Of a stretch of 64,000 bases of DNA, positions 46,983-56,354 are shown piece by piece. The notes beneath the pieces are model-generated. The model had not been told where the DNA came from. It was given only the letters and a program-made list of their open reading frames with translations, and searched no databases. Numbering within the stretch: the stretch's first letter is position 1; each line of letters opens with the position of its first letter. The DNA is from Candidatus Poribacteria bacterium (GTDB taxonomy: Bacteria > Poribacteria > WGA-4E > PCPOR2b), in NCBI GenBank assembly GCA_003635265.1, contig PYIZ01000043.1:77707-141706 (forward strand). The letters run 5' to 3'. The position numbers and the translations under genes are program-made.

Positions 46983-47207
46983 TTAATCAATCCCTTCCAT
47001 GAGTTTGCTTACAGATAAATTTAACGCATTTGCAAGCCGCATAATGTTGATCAGGGACACATTCCTTTCTCCGCGCTCAATACCGCTAATATAGGTACGA
47101 TGCATTTCAGCTAGTTCAGCCAACTTTTCTTGAGAAATCCCCGCCTGATTTCGTAATGACTGAACTCGATCACCAAATTTCTTGAGGAAAATATGGTTAG
47201 TTGCCAT
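46983..47207 (-). CDS. R-M controller (C) protein, XRE-type HTH
   Basis: 74 aa. 'ISQEKLAELAEMHRTYISGIERGERNVSLINIMRLANAL' matches the C-protein pattern. Confidence 0.8.
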   Translation of the reverse strand: MATNHIFLKKFGDRVQSLRNQAGISQEKLAELAEMHRTYISGIERGERNVSLINIMRLANALNLSVSKLMEGID

Positions 47208-47263
47208 GATAGTGTTTGTTTATGATGTTTAAGATAGTAGAGTTTTTTGAACTTCTCGCTGAT

Positions 47264-48169
47264 TCATTTATTGAACTCCATACTCAATTCCCCCGCTGCT
47301 TCCTGTGCAATCTTCGACCCCGGCTGAAGCACGATGACCCTCTCATAATCCGCGAGCGCATCTTCGTAGCGATCGAGCCGTTGATACGCAGACGCCCTGC
47401 GGAAATAGATCGGACCCAACGTCGGATGATCTTCTCCCCATCCTTGGATTTCATCGGTAGACAACTGAACGACTTTGCGGTAGTCAGATTCCGCTGCGTC
47501 CGGTTGATTTAAGCGCAGATGGACCTCGCCTCGACGAAGATATGCCTCTGCAAATGCCGGCTCAATTTCAATTGCCTTGTTAAGATCTGCGAGCGCAAGC
47601 CGATAGTCGCCCATCCGCGCGTAGGCAAGCCCCCGGTAATAGTAAGCCGCTGCACCGGGTTTGCGCTCAATGACGGCCCCATAATCTTCAAGCGCCCGCT
47701 GTGTATCTCCCATCTCCAGATAGGTTGCCGCCCGCTTCCACGTTACAAATCCCGCCCACCGCTTCTCCAAAGATGCTGTGTAATCTTCGAGCGCCCGCTG
47801 ATAATCACCCAAAGCGTGATGGACATCACCCCGACTGTAATAGGCATCGGCTGCGTACCGATTCAGACTCAGCGTCTGCGTATAATCGTCGATCGCTTTT
47901 CGGTATTCGCTCAGACGATAGTGAGCGAGTCCGCGTTTAACGTAGGCTTCTGCGTATTTTGGGCTGATTTCAATCGCACGGGTGAAGGCGGAGATTGCGC
48001 TGCGGTTACCACGGTCTGTTCGTTCCCCTAGGAGTTCCGTCCCTTTAACAACAAACTGGAGTGCCTTCGGATCTTCCCCTTTCAGACTATCCCAACTCAC
48101 GAACCGGGACGCGATAAGGGCACAAGCGATGAGCACCGGTAGCATAACGTAAACTAATAAACGCGACAT
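47264..48169 (-). CDS. TPR-repeat protein with an N-terminal membrane anchor
   Basis: Starts 'MSRLLVYVMLPVLIACALIAS' and has about 7 TPR units ('A..Y..RG..'). Confidence 0.8.
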   Translation of the reverse strand: MSRLLVYVMLPVLIACALIASRFVSWDSLKGEDPKALQFVVKGTELLGERTDRGNRSAISAFTRAIEISPKYAEAYVKRGLAHYRLSEYRKAIDDYTQTLSLNRYAADAYYSRGDVHHALGDYQRALEDYTASLEKRWAGFVTWKRAATYLEMGDTQRALEDYGAVIERKPGAAAYYYRGLAYARMGDYRLALADLNKAIEIEPAFAEAYLRRGEVHLRLNQPDAAESDYRKVVQLSTDEIQGWGEDHPTLGPIYFRRASAYQRLDRYEDALADYERVIVLQPGSKIAQEAAGELSMEFNK

Positions 48170-48323
48170 AGATGATCCTTTGTAAAACGGAATTGAGCAA
48201 ACTCCCCTGACAAGTTGAGCCCCGATAAATCGGGGTAAACTGCGCGAAATCCCGATAAAATCGGGAGGCGAGAAGATCAGATCTCGATTCGTCGGGATTG
48301 TCTCTCCCCTCTTATCAGAGGGG

Positions 48324-49304
48324 TTAGGGACGCAGCGGCTGAATCTCCGCACCGTATTTCAGATCGGTGACAGCGTTGTAGCGTTTGGAGAGATCGATGG
48401 CGAGATAGGATCGCACCCCCGGCGCTGCACCATAGCCGGTTGAGAAGACGAGTTGATGCTTTCCAAGTCGCGCCACGCCATCACTGACAGTCTTCTTAGG
48501 GAGGGAACCTATTGGCGTGTGTCCGACAGCCAACACCCGACCTCCGATTTTTTTGAGGAACTCAGCCGTGTGGGCTGGGGTATAGCCACTCCGCAGCACG
48601 ATAGAAGGACGCCCCCAAAGCAGCTCGTCAAGCACCTTTTTGTTTGGGCGAACGAGATCAGCGAGGTTCTTGGCAGACCGCGACGTCCCCGCGTGAACGC
48701 CAACGAAACCGTTTTTACCAATAGCGACTGTTGGAAGGTTGATCAGGTAATTGTAGTGCTCATCCGTCATCCGCTCAAGGAAATTGAACTGCTTGAAATA
48801 GGGACCGTGGATAGTCTCGTAAAGTTCAGCAATCATATCCCGGCGGTTGTCAGCGTTCATACCGGCTTTTTTTAGCATGGCATAGGCATCAGCGGATGCA
48901 AACTCGTGATTCCCTCTGAGATAGATGAGACGTTCTTCGCCTAACTGCTGCTGAAGCTGCATGATCTGATCAACAATTTTCACATCACCGTAAGGCTCAA
49001 AGATCGGATCGCCCGGCTTGTGATCGACCGCATCGCCAAGAATCAATCCGTAGACATCTTCCCCGGCTTCGATCCGCTCCACCAGTCTTGTCTGCGTCAA
49101 CCACCGACTAAAATTGCTCCACTGCGCCTGAAAGTCCGTTGCAACATAGACGGTGCCCTTGTCAGGCAGTACAACCAACTCCCCATCACGCGTCACCTGA
49201 TTCGGATAATCGGCAAGTGATTTGGCTTCTGCCATTGCCAAGGGGCTGAACCAGAAACTGAGGCAATTGAACAGAATAAGAGAAAGAGATATTAGACTTT
49301 TCAT
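48324..49304 (-). CDS. secreted calcineurin-like metallophosphoesterase
   Basis: Signal peptide, 'LGDAVDH', 'LRGNHEF' and 'VGHTP'. Confidence 0.7.
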   Translation of the reverse strand: MKSLISLSLILFNCLSFWFSPLAMAEAKSLADYPNQVTRDGELVVLPDKGTVYVATDFQAQWSNFSRWLTQTRLVERIEAGEDVYGLILGDAVDHKPGDPIFEPYGDVKIVDQIMQLQQQLGEERLIYLRGNHEFASADAYAMLKKAGMNADNRRDMIAELYETIHGPYFKQFNFLERMTDEHYNYLINLPTVAIGKNGFVGVHAGTSRSAKNLADLVRPNKKVLDELLWGRPSIVLRSGYTPAHTAEFLKKIGGRVLAVGHTPIGSLPKKTVSDGVARLGKHQLVFSTGYGAAPGVRSYLAIDLSKRYNAVTDLKYGAEIQPLRP

Positions 49305-49312
49305 CGACTACG

Positions 49313-50164
49313 TTACCGCGTTGTCAGATCATCCCCGAAATTGGTTGCATCAGTCTTACCGCGTTCAAGGCACACAGCGACCACAAGCATCTCAAGATCC
49401 CCCTGCGTGTGATTATAGATCCCGTGCGATCCCCCAAGCCGATTCGGAATCGCCGCGCCTTCATAGACCTCTTCCGTTTCGTCATCGACGGTCATGCGAC
49501 CACTGCCGTTGAGAACGATGTAAGCCTCCTCGATCCGGTCGTGCCGATGATAGCCGACGGAGGTGCCGGGCGGTAACAGGGCATGACTGACGAAACCCCA
49601 GTTATTGCGGAAATCCTGATGTTCCCATAGCGTCCGTGCGCCGATTTCACCTTTACCTTCGTGGGACCTGCCGTAGGCCAGCAGATTGCGATCCAGCCTA
49701 GCGACAGGCAGACGATCTATCGACTCCAAAGGGGCATTGGCGCGGTCATCACCGAAATCGGTTGAATCGGCGGGCATACCAATGGCAGCAACATTGAAAT
49801 TGAACCATCGCGTCTCTTTGTCGGTGTGGTTATAGATGGCGTGAGACTCCCCTTGGCGCAACGGTACAGCTGCGCCGCCAACAATCTCCGCTGTGCGACC
49901 GTTGTGTGTAAATTGGGCTGCGTTGTCAACTGTGACGAACACCTCCTCATTGCCGTCGTGCCGATGGTGTCCAATACCACCGCCGGGCAGCAAAATCGCG
50001 CTATGGATAAATCGCCATGGGGTTCCAAAATCATCGCTGCCAAAAAGGCTTTTGAATAGGATCGATTTCGCCCCACCATGGACGCTGCTGATTTCTTCCA
50101 TCTCTTCACGTCGAGCATATGACATTTTCATTTTTAGGTCTCCCATCAAAAAGTCGCAAATCAA
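49313..50164 (-). CDS. bicupin protein
   Basis: Two cupin metal motifs, 'GHHRHDGNEEVF' and 'GYHRHDRIEEAY'. Confidence 0.65.
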   Translation of the reverse strand: MICDFLMGDLKMKMSYARREEMEEISSVHGGAKSILFKSLFGSDDFGTPWRFIHSAILLPGGGIGHHRHDGNEEVFVTVDNAAQFTHNGRTAEIVGGAAVPLRQGESHAIYNHTDKETRWFNFNVAAIGMPADSTDFGDDRANAPLESIDRLPVARLDRNLLAYGRSHEGKGEIGARTLWEHQDFRNNWGFVSHALLPPGTSVGYHRHDRIEEAYIVLNGSGRMTVDDETEEVYEGAAIPNRLGGSHGIYNHTQGDLEMLVVAVCLERGKTDATNFGDDLTTR

Positions 50165-50201
50165 GGCATGATCGTTTATCTTACAGATTACCCCTTACGC
50201 T

Positions 50202-50912
50202 TCAATCCAAAGTTTCGCCCGGCTGGAGTTCGACAATTTCAACCGCTTGATCTTTGGTCAGTTCACGCAGTGCGTCTGGTGTCCCGGTTAGCAACGGAAA
50301 TGTTCCGTAATGCATCGGAACAATCGCAGGCACATTGAGTAACTGAGCGGCATAGGCAGCCTCACGGGGTCCCATCGTGAAGTGGTCGCCGATTGGCAGG
50401 AGAGCGAGATCCGGCTGATAGATTTCACCGATGATTTCCATATCGCCGAACACATTCGTATCTCCTGCGTGATAGATTTTATACCCATTTGAGAATTCGA
50501 GGATAAATCCGGCAGGTTCACCGAGATAGACAATCGTACCATCCTCCTCTGTGAAGCTGCTACTATGGTTGGCTGTTACCATAGTCGCGCTTAATCCATT
50601 GACCGAAACAGTGCCCCCTTTGTTCATCCCGATTGTGTTTTCAACGCCTTTACTCGCGAGCCAAGTGCTGACTTCGATCATCGCCACGACAGTCGAGGAA
50701 TGTTGTTTCGCAAGGTCAACAGCATCAGCGGTGTGATCGGCGTGCCCGTGTGTGATCAGCATAGCGTCAAGTTTATCAAACGTTTTAAGGGCATCTGGAC
50801 AGACTGGATTGCTGGCTACCCATGGATCTATTAAAAAGGTTTGTCCTTCAAATTCAATCTTAAAAGTTCCGTGTCCAAGCCACGTGAGTTTAATTCCATT
50901 ATTTAGCTTCAC
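50202..50912 (-). CDS. MBL-fold metal-dependent hydrolase (UPF0173-like)
   Basis: 'ITHGHADH'. GTG start at 50912 with GGGAGG 6 nt upstream. Confidence 0.8.
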   Translation of the reverse strand: MKLNNGIKLTWLGHGTFKIEFEGQTFLIDPWVASNPVCPDALKTFDKLDAMLITHGHADHTADAVDLAKQHSSTVVAMIEVSTWLASKGVENTIGMNKGGTVSVNGLSATMVTANHSSSFTEEDGTIVYLGEPAGFILEFSNGYKIYHAGDTNVFGDMEIIGEIYQPDLALLPIGDHFTMGPREAAYAAQLLNVPAIVPMHYGTFPLLTGTPDALRELTKDQAVEIVELQPGETLD

Positions 50913-50996
50913 TTGTTTCCTCCCTGTATGATAAAGACTTATATTCAAGCGAGTTTATTATACAGAAGCCACCGCTTCTTTGCAACTATATTGTCG

Positions 50997-51025
50997 TTGA
51001 CTTGAATTCGTGAATCTGCTATAAT
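50997..51025 (+). promoter_or_regulatory. sigma70-like promoter candidate for the FAH-family gene
   Basis: TTGACT, a 17-nt spacer, then TATAAT. Confidence 0.45.
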
Positions 51026-51158
51026 CCGTCTCGTTATAATAGCGCAGATTGTCCCCTATCCCGCGCTCCAGATGCCTCCTGTGAGGGTCAATTTAGGTTT
51101 TGGTATAGAATAGATGTGTAAGTGATTTGAATCTGCAAAAACAATCAAAGGAGATCCT

Positions 51159-52085
51159 ATGAAATTAGTGAGTTTCCAGAGTTCCGATGGTCCCAAACTG
51201 GGTGCCTCAATTGATGATAAGGTTTTAGACCTTCAAGCCACCTACCAAGCGGCGGTCACAGACGATGCGTTGCCCGCACTTTTGAGTGGTATGATCGCAT
51301 TTCTTGAAGGCGGAGAGAGGGCGTTTGACGCTGCTACACATGCAATCAACGTAGCCGCTGAAAATTCAGAAAAAGCGGTCTGGAGCACAGATCCGCTCCT
51401 GTCACCGATTCCCAATCCGAAGAAGCTATTGCTGCTCGCCGGGAACTATGCCTCGCATATTGAGGAAGGTGGTGGCGTCGCATTGAGCCGATTGGAGACA
51501 ACACCACGTGTTTTCATGAAACCGCCGACCACTACCATAGTTGCCCACGAAGAAGCAATTATCATCCCTCCCAACGGTGTTTTTACCGACTGGGAAGCGG
51601 AGATCGGCATCGTCATCGGCAAACGTGGGAAATTTATCTCCGCTGATGAAGCCTACGATTACGTCGCGGGATACACTGCGGTCAACGATGTTTCTGAACG
51701 TGAACTAAAAGTGAAGGATAGTCGCGTCGATAGAGAGGGCGACGAATGGTTTGATTGGCTCAATGGGAAATGGTTCGACACGTTCGCGCCGGTCGGTCCA
51801 TGTATGACGACAAAGGATGAGATCCCGGATCCACACAATTTGCGTATCGCCTGTCGCGTCAACGGCGAAACCAAGCAGGATGCCAATACGGGACACATGA
51901 TCTTTAACTGCGCGGAAATCGTGGAATTTACCTCAACGCTAGTTACACTTGAACCGGGCGATATTATCTCAACAGGTACACCCGCAGGCGTTGGACACCC
52001 TGATCAGAAATTGGTCGATGGGGATGTCGTTGAGGTCGAAATCGAGAAGATTGGTGTTTTGAGGAATCCTGTTGTTCAGGGGTGA
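51159..52085 (+). CDS. fumarylacetoacetate hydrolase (FAH) family protein
   Basis: 'FMKPPTT', 'WEAEIGIVIGK', 'NDVSERE' and 'GDIISTGTPAGVG'. Confidence 0.85.
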   Translation: MKLVSFQSSDGPKLGASIDDKVLDLQATYQAAVTDDALPALLSGMIAFLEGGERAFDAATHAINVAAENSEKAVWSTDPLLSPIPNPKKLLLLAGNYASHIEEGGGVALSRLETTPRVFMKPPTTTIVAHEEAIIIPPNGVFTDWEAEIGIVIGKRGKFISADEAYDYVAGYTAVNDVSERELKVKDSRVDREGDEWFDWLNGKWFDTFAPVGPCMTTKDEIPDPHNLRIACRVNGETKQDANTGHMIFNCAEIVEFTSTLVTLEPGDIISTGTPAGVGHPDQKLVDGDVVEVEIEKIGVLRNPVVQG

Positions 52086-52306
52086 TAAAAGCATTTCCGC
52101 TCATGCGAAGAGATTGTTCAATAGAAACCGAGTTTTCGACAACTACGGGCGGGTTAACCCCGCCCCTACGGTTTCTCTCCGCGCAAATCAATCTCTTGGA
52201 CGGACTGGCATGATACTGGTTAGTGCATGACAAGTGGGGTTTACTTCTACTACCTATTCGGTGGGAGAGTGTGAGGCGCCGAAGCGGCTGGTGATTCGAA
52301 GGGAGA

Positions 52307-52600
52307 TTAATCGTCTTTCTCTGATTCTCCTAGCTTCCCCTGTATGAGTATGTGATAGATGTTTCTCATATCTGCACTCAAATCAATGAGCCTTTGATTT
52401 ATATCGTCGAACCGTTTATTCATATCGTCGAACCGTTTATTCATATCGTCGAACCGCTTATTCGTATCAGTAATCCTTTGATTCATATCATCTAACCGCC
52501 GATTCATCTCATCTCGACTCGGAAATTTTAAGAGAAAGGTGATAATCGTGATGGCGAAACCAGCAACCATAATTACGATTTGCAGCGTTTCTTTGTCCAT
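52307..52600 (-). CDS. small membrane-anchored heptad-repeat protein (97 aa from the ATG at 52600)
   Basis: GGGAGG RBS, TM 'IVIMVAGFAITIITFLL', then (FDDMNKR)x3 encoded by 21-nt tandem repeats (52380-52505; two units are identical). Confidence 0.55.
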   Translation of the reverse strand: MDKETLQIVIMVAGFAITIITFLLKFPSRDEMNRRLDDMNQRITDTNKRFDDMNKRFDDMNKRFDDINQRLIDLSADMRNIYHILIQGKLGESEKDD

Positions 52601-52697
52601 GTTAGCCTCCCACGTCGGTTTGTGCGATATTATAGCACACAACTCCATATTATTCACATAAATCTAGCATTTCACTTTTGAGTGAAGGAGCACCGCA

Positions 52698-53885
52698 ATG
52701 TCCGAGCGCAAAAAGATAGCAGCTATCATCACTACATACTATCCACTCTCCCACGCAGATGTAATCGCCACAAAGTATATGAAGGGCTTTCCGACCGACG
52801 CGGGACTTCGGCAGCCGCGTGTCGATCTGGTTTCGATTTATCTGGATCAGATCGACCCACGGGATATCGGACGCGAACTTGCCGAATTACACAATGTCCC
52901 GATCTATCAGAGTATCCGTCAGGCGTTGACGCTTGGTGGGAATGAACTCGCTGTTGATGGTGTCCTTCTGATTGGCGAGCACGGCGATTATCCGTATAAT
53001 GAGCTTGAGCAGCACATGTATCCGCGCCGTTATCTGTTTGAGCAGATCTGCGGTGTCTTCGCATCGAGTGGACGTTCAGTCCCCGTCTTCTGCGACAAGC
53101 ACCTCTCGTATAATTGGACGGATGCCAAATGGATGTACGACCGCGCCAATGCGCTCAATGTCCCCTTTATGGCGGGTTCATCCCTGCCGACCTGTTGGCG
53201 GAATCCGTTCTTGGAGTACGACCTTGACACACCGCTAGAGGCTGCAATCGGGATAGGTCACGGCGGCATTGAGTCCTACGGTTACCACGCCTTGGAGACG
53301 CTGCAGTGCATGATCGAACGACGCGCCGGTGGGGAATCTGGTGTGGTTGCTGTCCAATGCTTGGAAGGGGAAGCGGTCTGGCAGGCGGGAGCGGAGGGGC
53401 GTTGGTCTCCTGAATTGGCGACCGCTGCGTGCGCGCCAATCCCTGACAAACCTGAAGGGCAGCCCCAAGACCATTGCGAAAATCCCGCCGTGTTTCTGCT
53501 CGAACACAGCGATGGGTTCAGGTCAGCGATGTTGATGCTGAATGGCTACACCAACGACTTCGCCTATGCAGGACAGATTAACGGCGAGATCCAAGGTGTT
53601 CAGTTTCGCCTACAAGACGGAAATCCCTACGCGCATTTTAGTTATCTCAGTTTAAACATCGAAGAGATGTTCTTCACAGGTGTTCCCCAATATCCCGTTG
53701 AACGGACGCTGTTGACGACCGGTGTTCTGGACGCGGCGATGCGCTCAAGGCATGAGGGACATATCCGCTTAGAAACACCACACTTGGCAAATCTCTCTTA
53801 TCGTTCTTACGAGCAGCTGCCGATTCGCCCGATGGGACCGGAACCCAGCGGATCAACATTAGATTCATGGCCCCCCGACGCATAA
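52698..53885 (+). CDS. conserved-looking hypothetical protein (395 aa)
   Basis: Long intact ORF with GAAGGAG RBS. No motif recognised. Confidence 0.6.
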   Translation: MSERKKIAAIITTYYPLSHADVIATKYMKGFPTDAGLRQPRVDLVSIYLDQIDPRDIGRELAELHNVPIYQSIRQALTLGGNELAVDGVLLIGEHGDYPYNELEQHMYPRRYLFEQICGVFASSGRSVPVFCDKHLSYNWTDAKWMYDRANALNVPFMAGSSLPTCWRNPFLEYDLDTPLEAAIGIGHGGIESYGYHALETLQCMIERRAGGESGVVAVQCLEGEAVWQAGAEGRWSPELATAACAPIPDKPEGQPQDHCENPAVFLLEHSDGFRSAMLMLNGYTNDFAYAGQINGEIQGVQFRLQDGNPYAHFSYLSLNIEEMFFTGVPQYPVERTLLTTGVLDAAMRSRHEGHIRLETPHLANLSYRSYEQLPIRPMGPEPSGSTLDSWPPDA

Positions 53886-53927
53886 GACAACTATGGTGAG
53901 ATCTAAAAATATATTGACACCTCTTTT

Positions 53928-53978
53928 GTAGGAGCGATTTCCAAATCGCGACAGTCGGGAATCGGAGTTCCCTCCTAC
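53928..53978 (+). repeat. family A core preceded by a GTAG-headed hairpin
   Basis: GTAGGAG-cgatttccaaatcg-cgaca-GTCGGGAATCGGAGTTCCCTCCTAC. Confidence 0.55.
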
Positions 53979-54032
53979 AACCCAAAAATATCAAGTTAAT
54001 TGTAAAGTCCACCATAAAGCAATAGAAATCTG

Positions 54033-54725
54033 TTATCCTTCGCCTTGCCTCCGCGTCACCGCTTTGAAGACCAACACGGCGAGTACAGCACCGATAATCT
54101 CCATCAGGATAAACACCGTACCATCGAAGGGCTTTACACCCGCCGCTGCGTAGGTGAACATCCGTGCAACGGTGACTTGCGGATTGGCGAACATGGTGCT
54201 TGATGTCGCAATCAATTGTCCTCCAACTAACATGCCAACCACCAAGGAGAGTTTATCGGACTGATTGTGTACCAAAAGGAAGATCACGAGAACAAGGATA
54301 AAGGTGCCTAGAATCTCAGCAACATAGTTCCCTCCCGCGCGTGTTACTTCAGAAACAGCGATTAGCTTGGGAATTTTATGATAGAACATCAGATGCGAAA
54401 AGATTGTGCCTGTCAATCCACCGGCGACCTGTGCTAAAATATAGATTAGTGCTTGCTTCCAACCTATTTTATCTCCAAGCACCATTGCAAGGCTTACCGC
54501 GGGATTGAAATGGGCACCGCTGATGGGACCAAATATCTCGATGAGGGCGAAAAGAATAAACCCGACAGCAAGTGCATCGGCTAGGACAGCCATACCGATC
54601 CCGGCTTCTAGTATTTGATGGAATAGGATAATCGGTGAGATCGCCGCCATGACGAGGAACAGGGATCCCAAATACTCACTCAGAATTTGAGAACCTATCG
54701 CATATTCTGTTTGCTTTGATGTCAC
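54033..54725 (-). CDS. MIP-family channel (aquaporin-like)
   Basis: 6-TM profile. The first motif is 'HFNPAVS' and the second-half motif reads 'ANPQVT'. Confidence 0.75.
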   Translation of the reverse strand: MTSKQTEYAIGSQILSEYLGSLFLVMAAISPIILFHQILEAGIGMAVLADALAVGFILFALIEIFGPISGAHFNPAVSLAMVLGDKIGWKQALIYILAQVAGGLTGTIFSHLMFYHKIPKLIAVSEVTRAGGNYVAEILGTFILVLVIFLLVHNQSDKLSLVVGMLVGGQLIATSSTMFANPQVTVARMFTYAAAGVKPFDGTVFILMEIIGAVLAVLVFKAVTRRQGEG

Positions 54726-54840
54726 TTAAAACCTCCTTTCTGTATTGCCGTTAATCTAATGCTTATTACAACCATCCCATTGCAGCAGGGACACCTTATC
54801 CTACTGAAGTTTGAGCGAAATTGTCAAAGCGAAATTTCAT

Positions 54841-54921
54841 ACATATGTCGCCCCGCTGGGGCTTGAGAGTTGGCGTCATTCTGTTTGCTATATACATATC
54901 GCCCCGCTGGGGCTTTAGGTG
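54841..54921 (+). repeat. tandem about-52-nt repeat (2 units), family B
   Basis: TATGTCGCCCCGCTGGGGCTT at 54844 and CATATCGCCCCGCTGGGGCTT at 54895. Confidence 0.75.
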
Positions 54922-54975
54922 GCAATTTGAGCTAATTTAATTTTATGGATGGAACCCTCAAAGGATGGAAATAAC

Positions 54976-56115
54976 ATGAAAATTACACAACTCGAAATTC
55001 TACCCGCACCGTTTCAAGGACGGGCGTATATTTACGTCAAGCTGCACACCGATGAAGGTATTATCGGCATCGGTGAAGCGTCCTGTTCCGGGAAAGAGGG
55101 CGCATTGGTGGGCGCACTGCGGGATCTTGAAAACACATTGATCGGCGAAGACCCGTTTCAGGTAGAGAAACTTTGGCAAATGATTTATCGCAACGCTTTC
55201 TGGCGAGGCGGTCCGGTGCTCATCGGGGCGCTGTCTGGCATTGAGCATGCGCTATGGGACATCAAAGGTAAAGCCTTAAACGTCCCGGTGTACGAGTTAA
55301 TAGGCGGTATGTACCGGCACAAGATGAAGGTCTACTGCTGGATTGGCGGAGGCATACCAGAATCTTGGGCGGAGGCAGCTGTACAACGCATTGAAGCGGG
55401 TTGGGGCGGACTGAAGTTTACGCCATTCGATCCGACGGGACCCGCCTTCAGTCTTGCTCACGGTAAAAAAGTCGAAGCAATAGTCAAAGCGGTGCGTGAA
55501 GCGGTCGGCGACGAGGTTCCGATTGCAATTGATGGTCACGGTCGCCTGAACCCTGTCAACGCAATGGAGATGGCAAAACGGATTGAACCTTACGGCATCC
55601 TCTTTTTCGAGGAGGCGGTGCTTCCAGAATCGGTCGATGCGATGGCAACGTTGCGGCGGAATGCAGGGGTGCCAATCGCCACCGGTGAACGACTCTATAC
55701 ACGCTATCCCTTCCGAGAGTATCTCGTCAAGGGTGCCGTGGATGTCGTCCAACCGGACATCTGTACCTGTGGCGGCATTATGGAAGCGTTCAAAATTGCG
55801 GCGATGGCAGACGCCTTTTTCGCCACGATTGCACCGCACAATCCACTGAGTCCTCTGTCAACAGTAATCTGTCTACACTTAGATACCGTCGTACCAAACT
55901 TCCTTATCCAAGAAGTGCCCAATGGGAACAATCCAGAACGGAAGAACCTCATCGTTGGATTTGAAGAAAAGCCGGTCAATGGACATCTAGAAGTGCCGCA
56001 GGGACCGGGGTGGGGCGTTTCACTGAACGAAGATTATATTCGCTCGCTTTCAGGTGATCCATCACGCGGGAAATGGGATGCTTTCGATGTTGATGGTTCC
56101 ATCCTTGATCTGTAA
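54976..56115 (+). CDS. enolase-superfamily acid-sugar dehydratase (galactonate/mannonate dehydratase-like)
   Basis: 'MKITQLEILP', 'FWRGGPVLIGALSGIEHALWDIKGKALNVPVYELIGG'. Confidence 0.8.
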   Translation: MKITQLEILPAPFQGRAYIYVKLHTDEGIIGIGEASCSGKEGALVGALRDLENTLIGEDPFQVEKLWQMIYRNAFWRGGPVLIGALSGIEHALWDIKGKALNVPVYELIGGMYRHKMKVYCWIGGGIPESWAEAAVQRIEAGWGGLKFTPFDPTGPAFSLAHGKKVEAIVKAVREAVGDEVPIAIDGHGRLNPVNAMEMAKRIEPYGILFFEEAVLPESVDAMATLRRNAGVPIATGERLYTRYPFREYLVKGAVDVVQPDICTCGGIMEAFKIAAMADAFFATIAPHNPLSPLSTVICLHLDTVVPNFLIQEVPNGNNPERKNLIVGFEEKPVNGHLEVPQGPGWGVSLNEDYIRSLSGDPSRGKWDAFDVDGSILDL

Positions 56116-56251
56116 ATTTGTTACGACTCACACAGTTGAATACTCAAAGCCTCATAGTCCGATGATTCATCACCACACAACACGACTTATAACGCCCGAT
56201 GAATCCTCGACTTGTCGGAACAGGCAGGTAACTACAGTAAATCCGTAGTGT

Positions 56252-56303
56252 GTAGTAGGGCGATTTATTGCCCGTCGTAACGCGCAATGAATTGCGCTAC
56301 TAC
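56252..56303. repeat. REP-like doublet in inverted orientation
   Basis: GTAGTA-gggcgatttattgccc ... gcgcaatgaattgcgc-TACTAC. Confidence 0.6.
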
Positions 56304-56354
56304 AAACTCAAGTGCGTGACTCCTATTAGTAATCAAAAGTAAGGAAACGTCGGT

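Noticed and set aside
47208-47262. Calling a definite C-box operator upstream of the C-protein gene.
   Set aside because: Only two GATAGT direct repeats are visible. I could not find the dyad-symmetric C-box pattern with confidence, so it is reported only as a candidate inside the R-M finding.
48170-48352. An N-terminal extension of the TPR protein ORF (track start at 48352).
   Set aside because: The extension is translated from REP-like hairpin repeats (ccccgataaatcgggg and others) and overlaps the 3' end of the metallophosphoesterase gene. The ATG at 48169 gives a normal membrane-anchor start.
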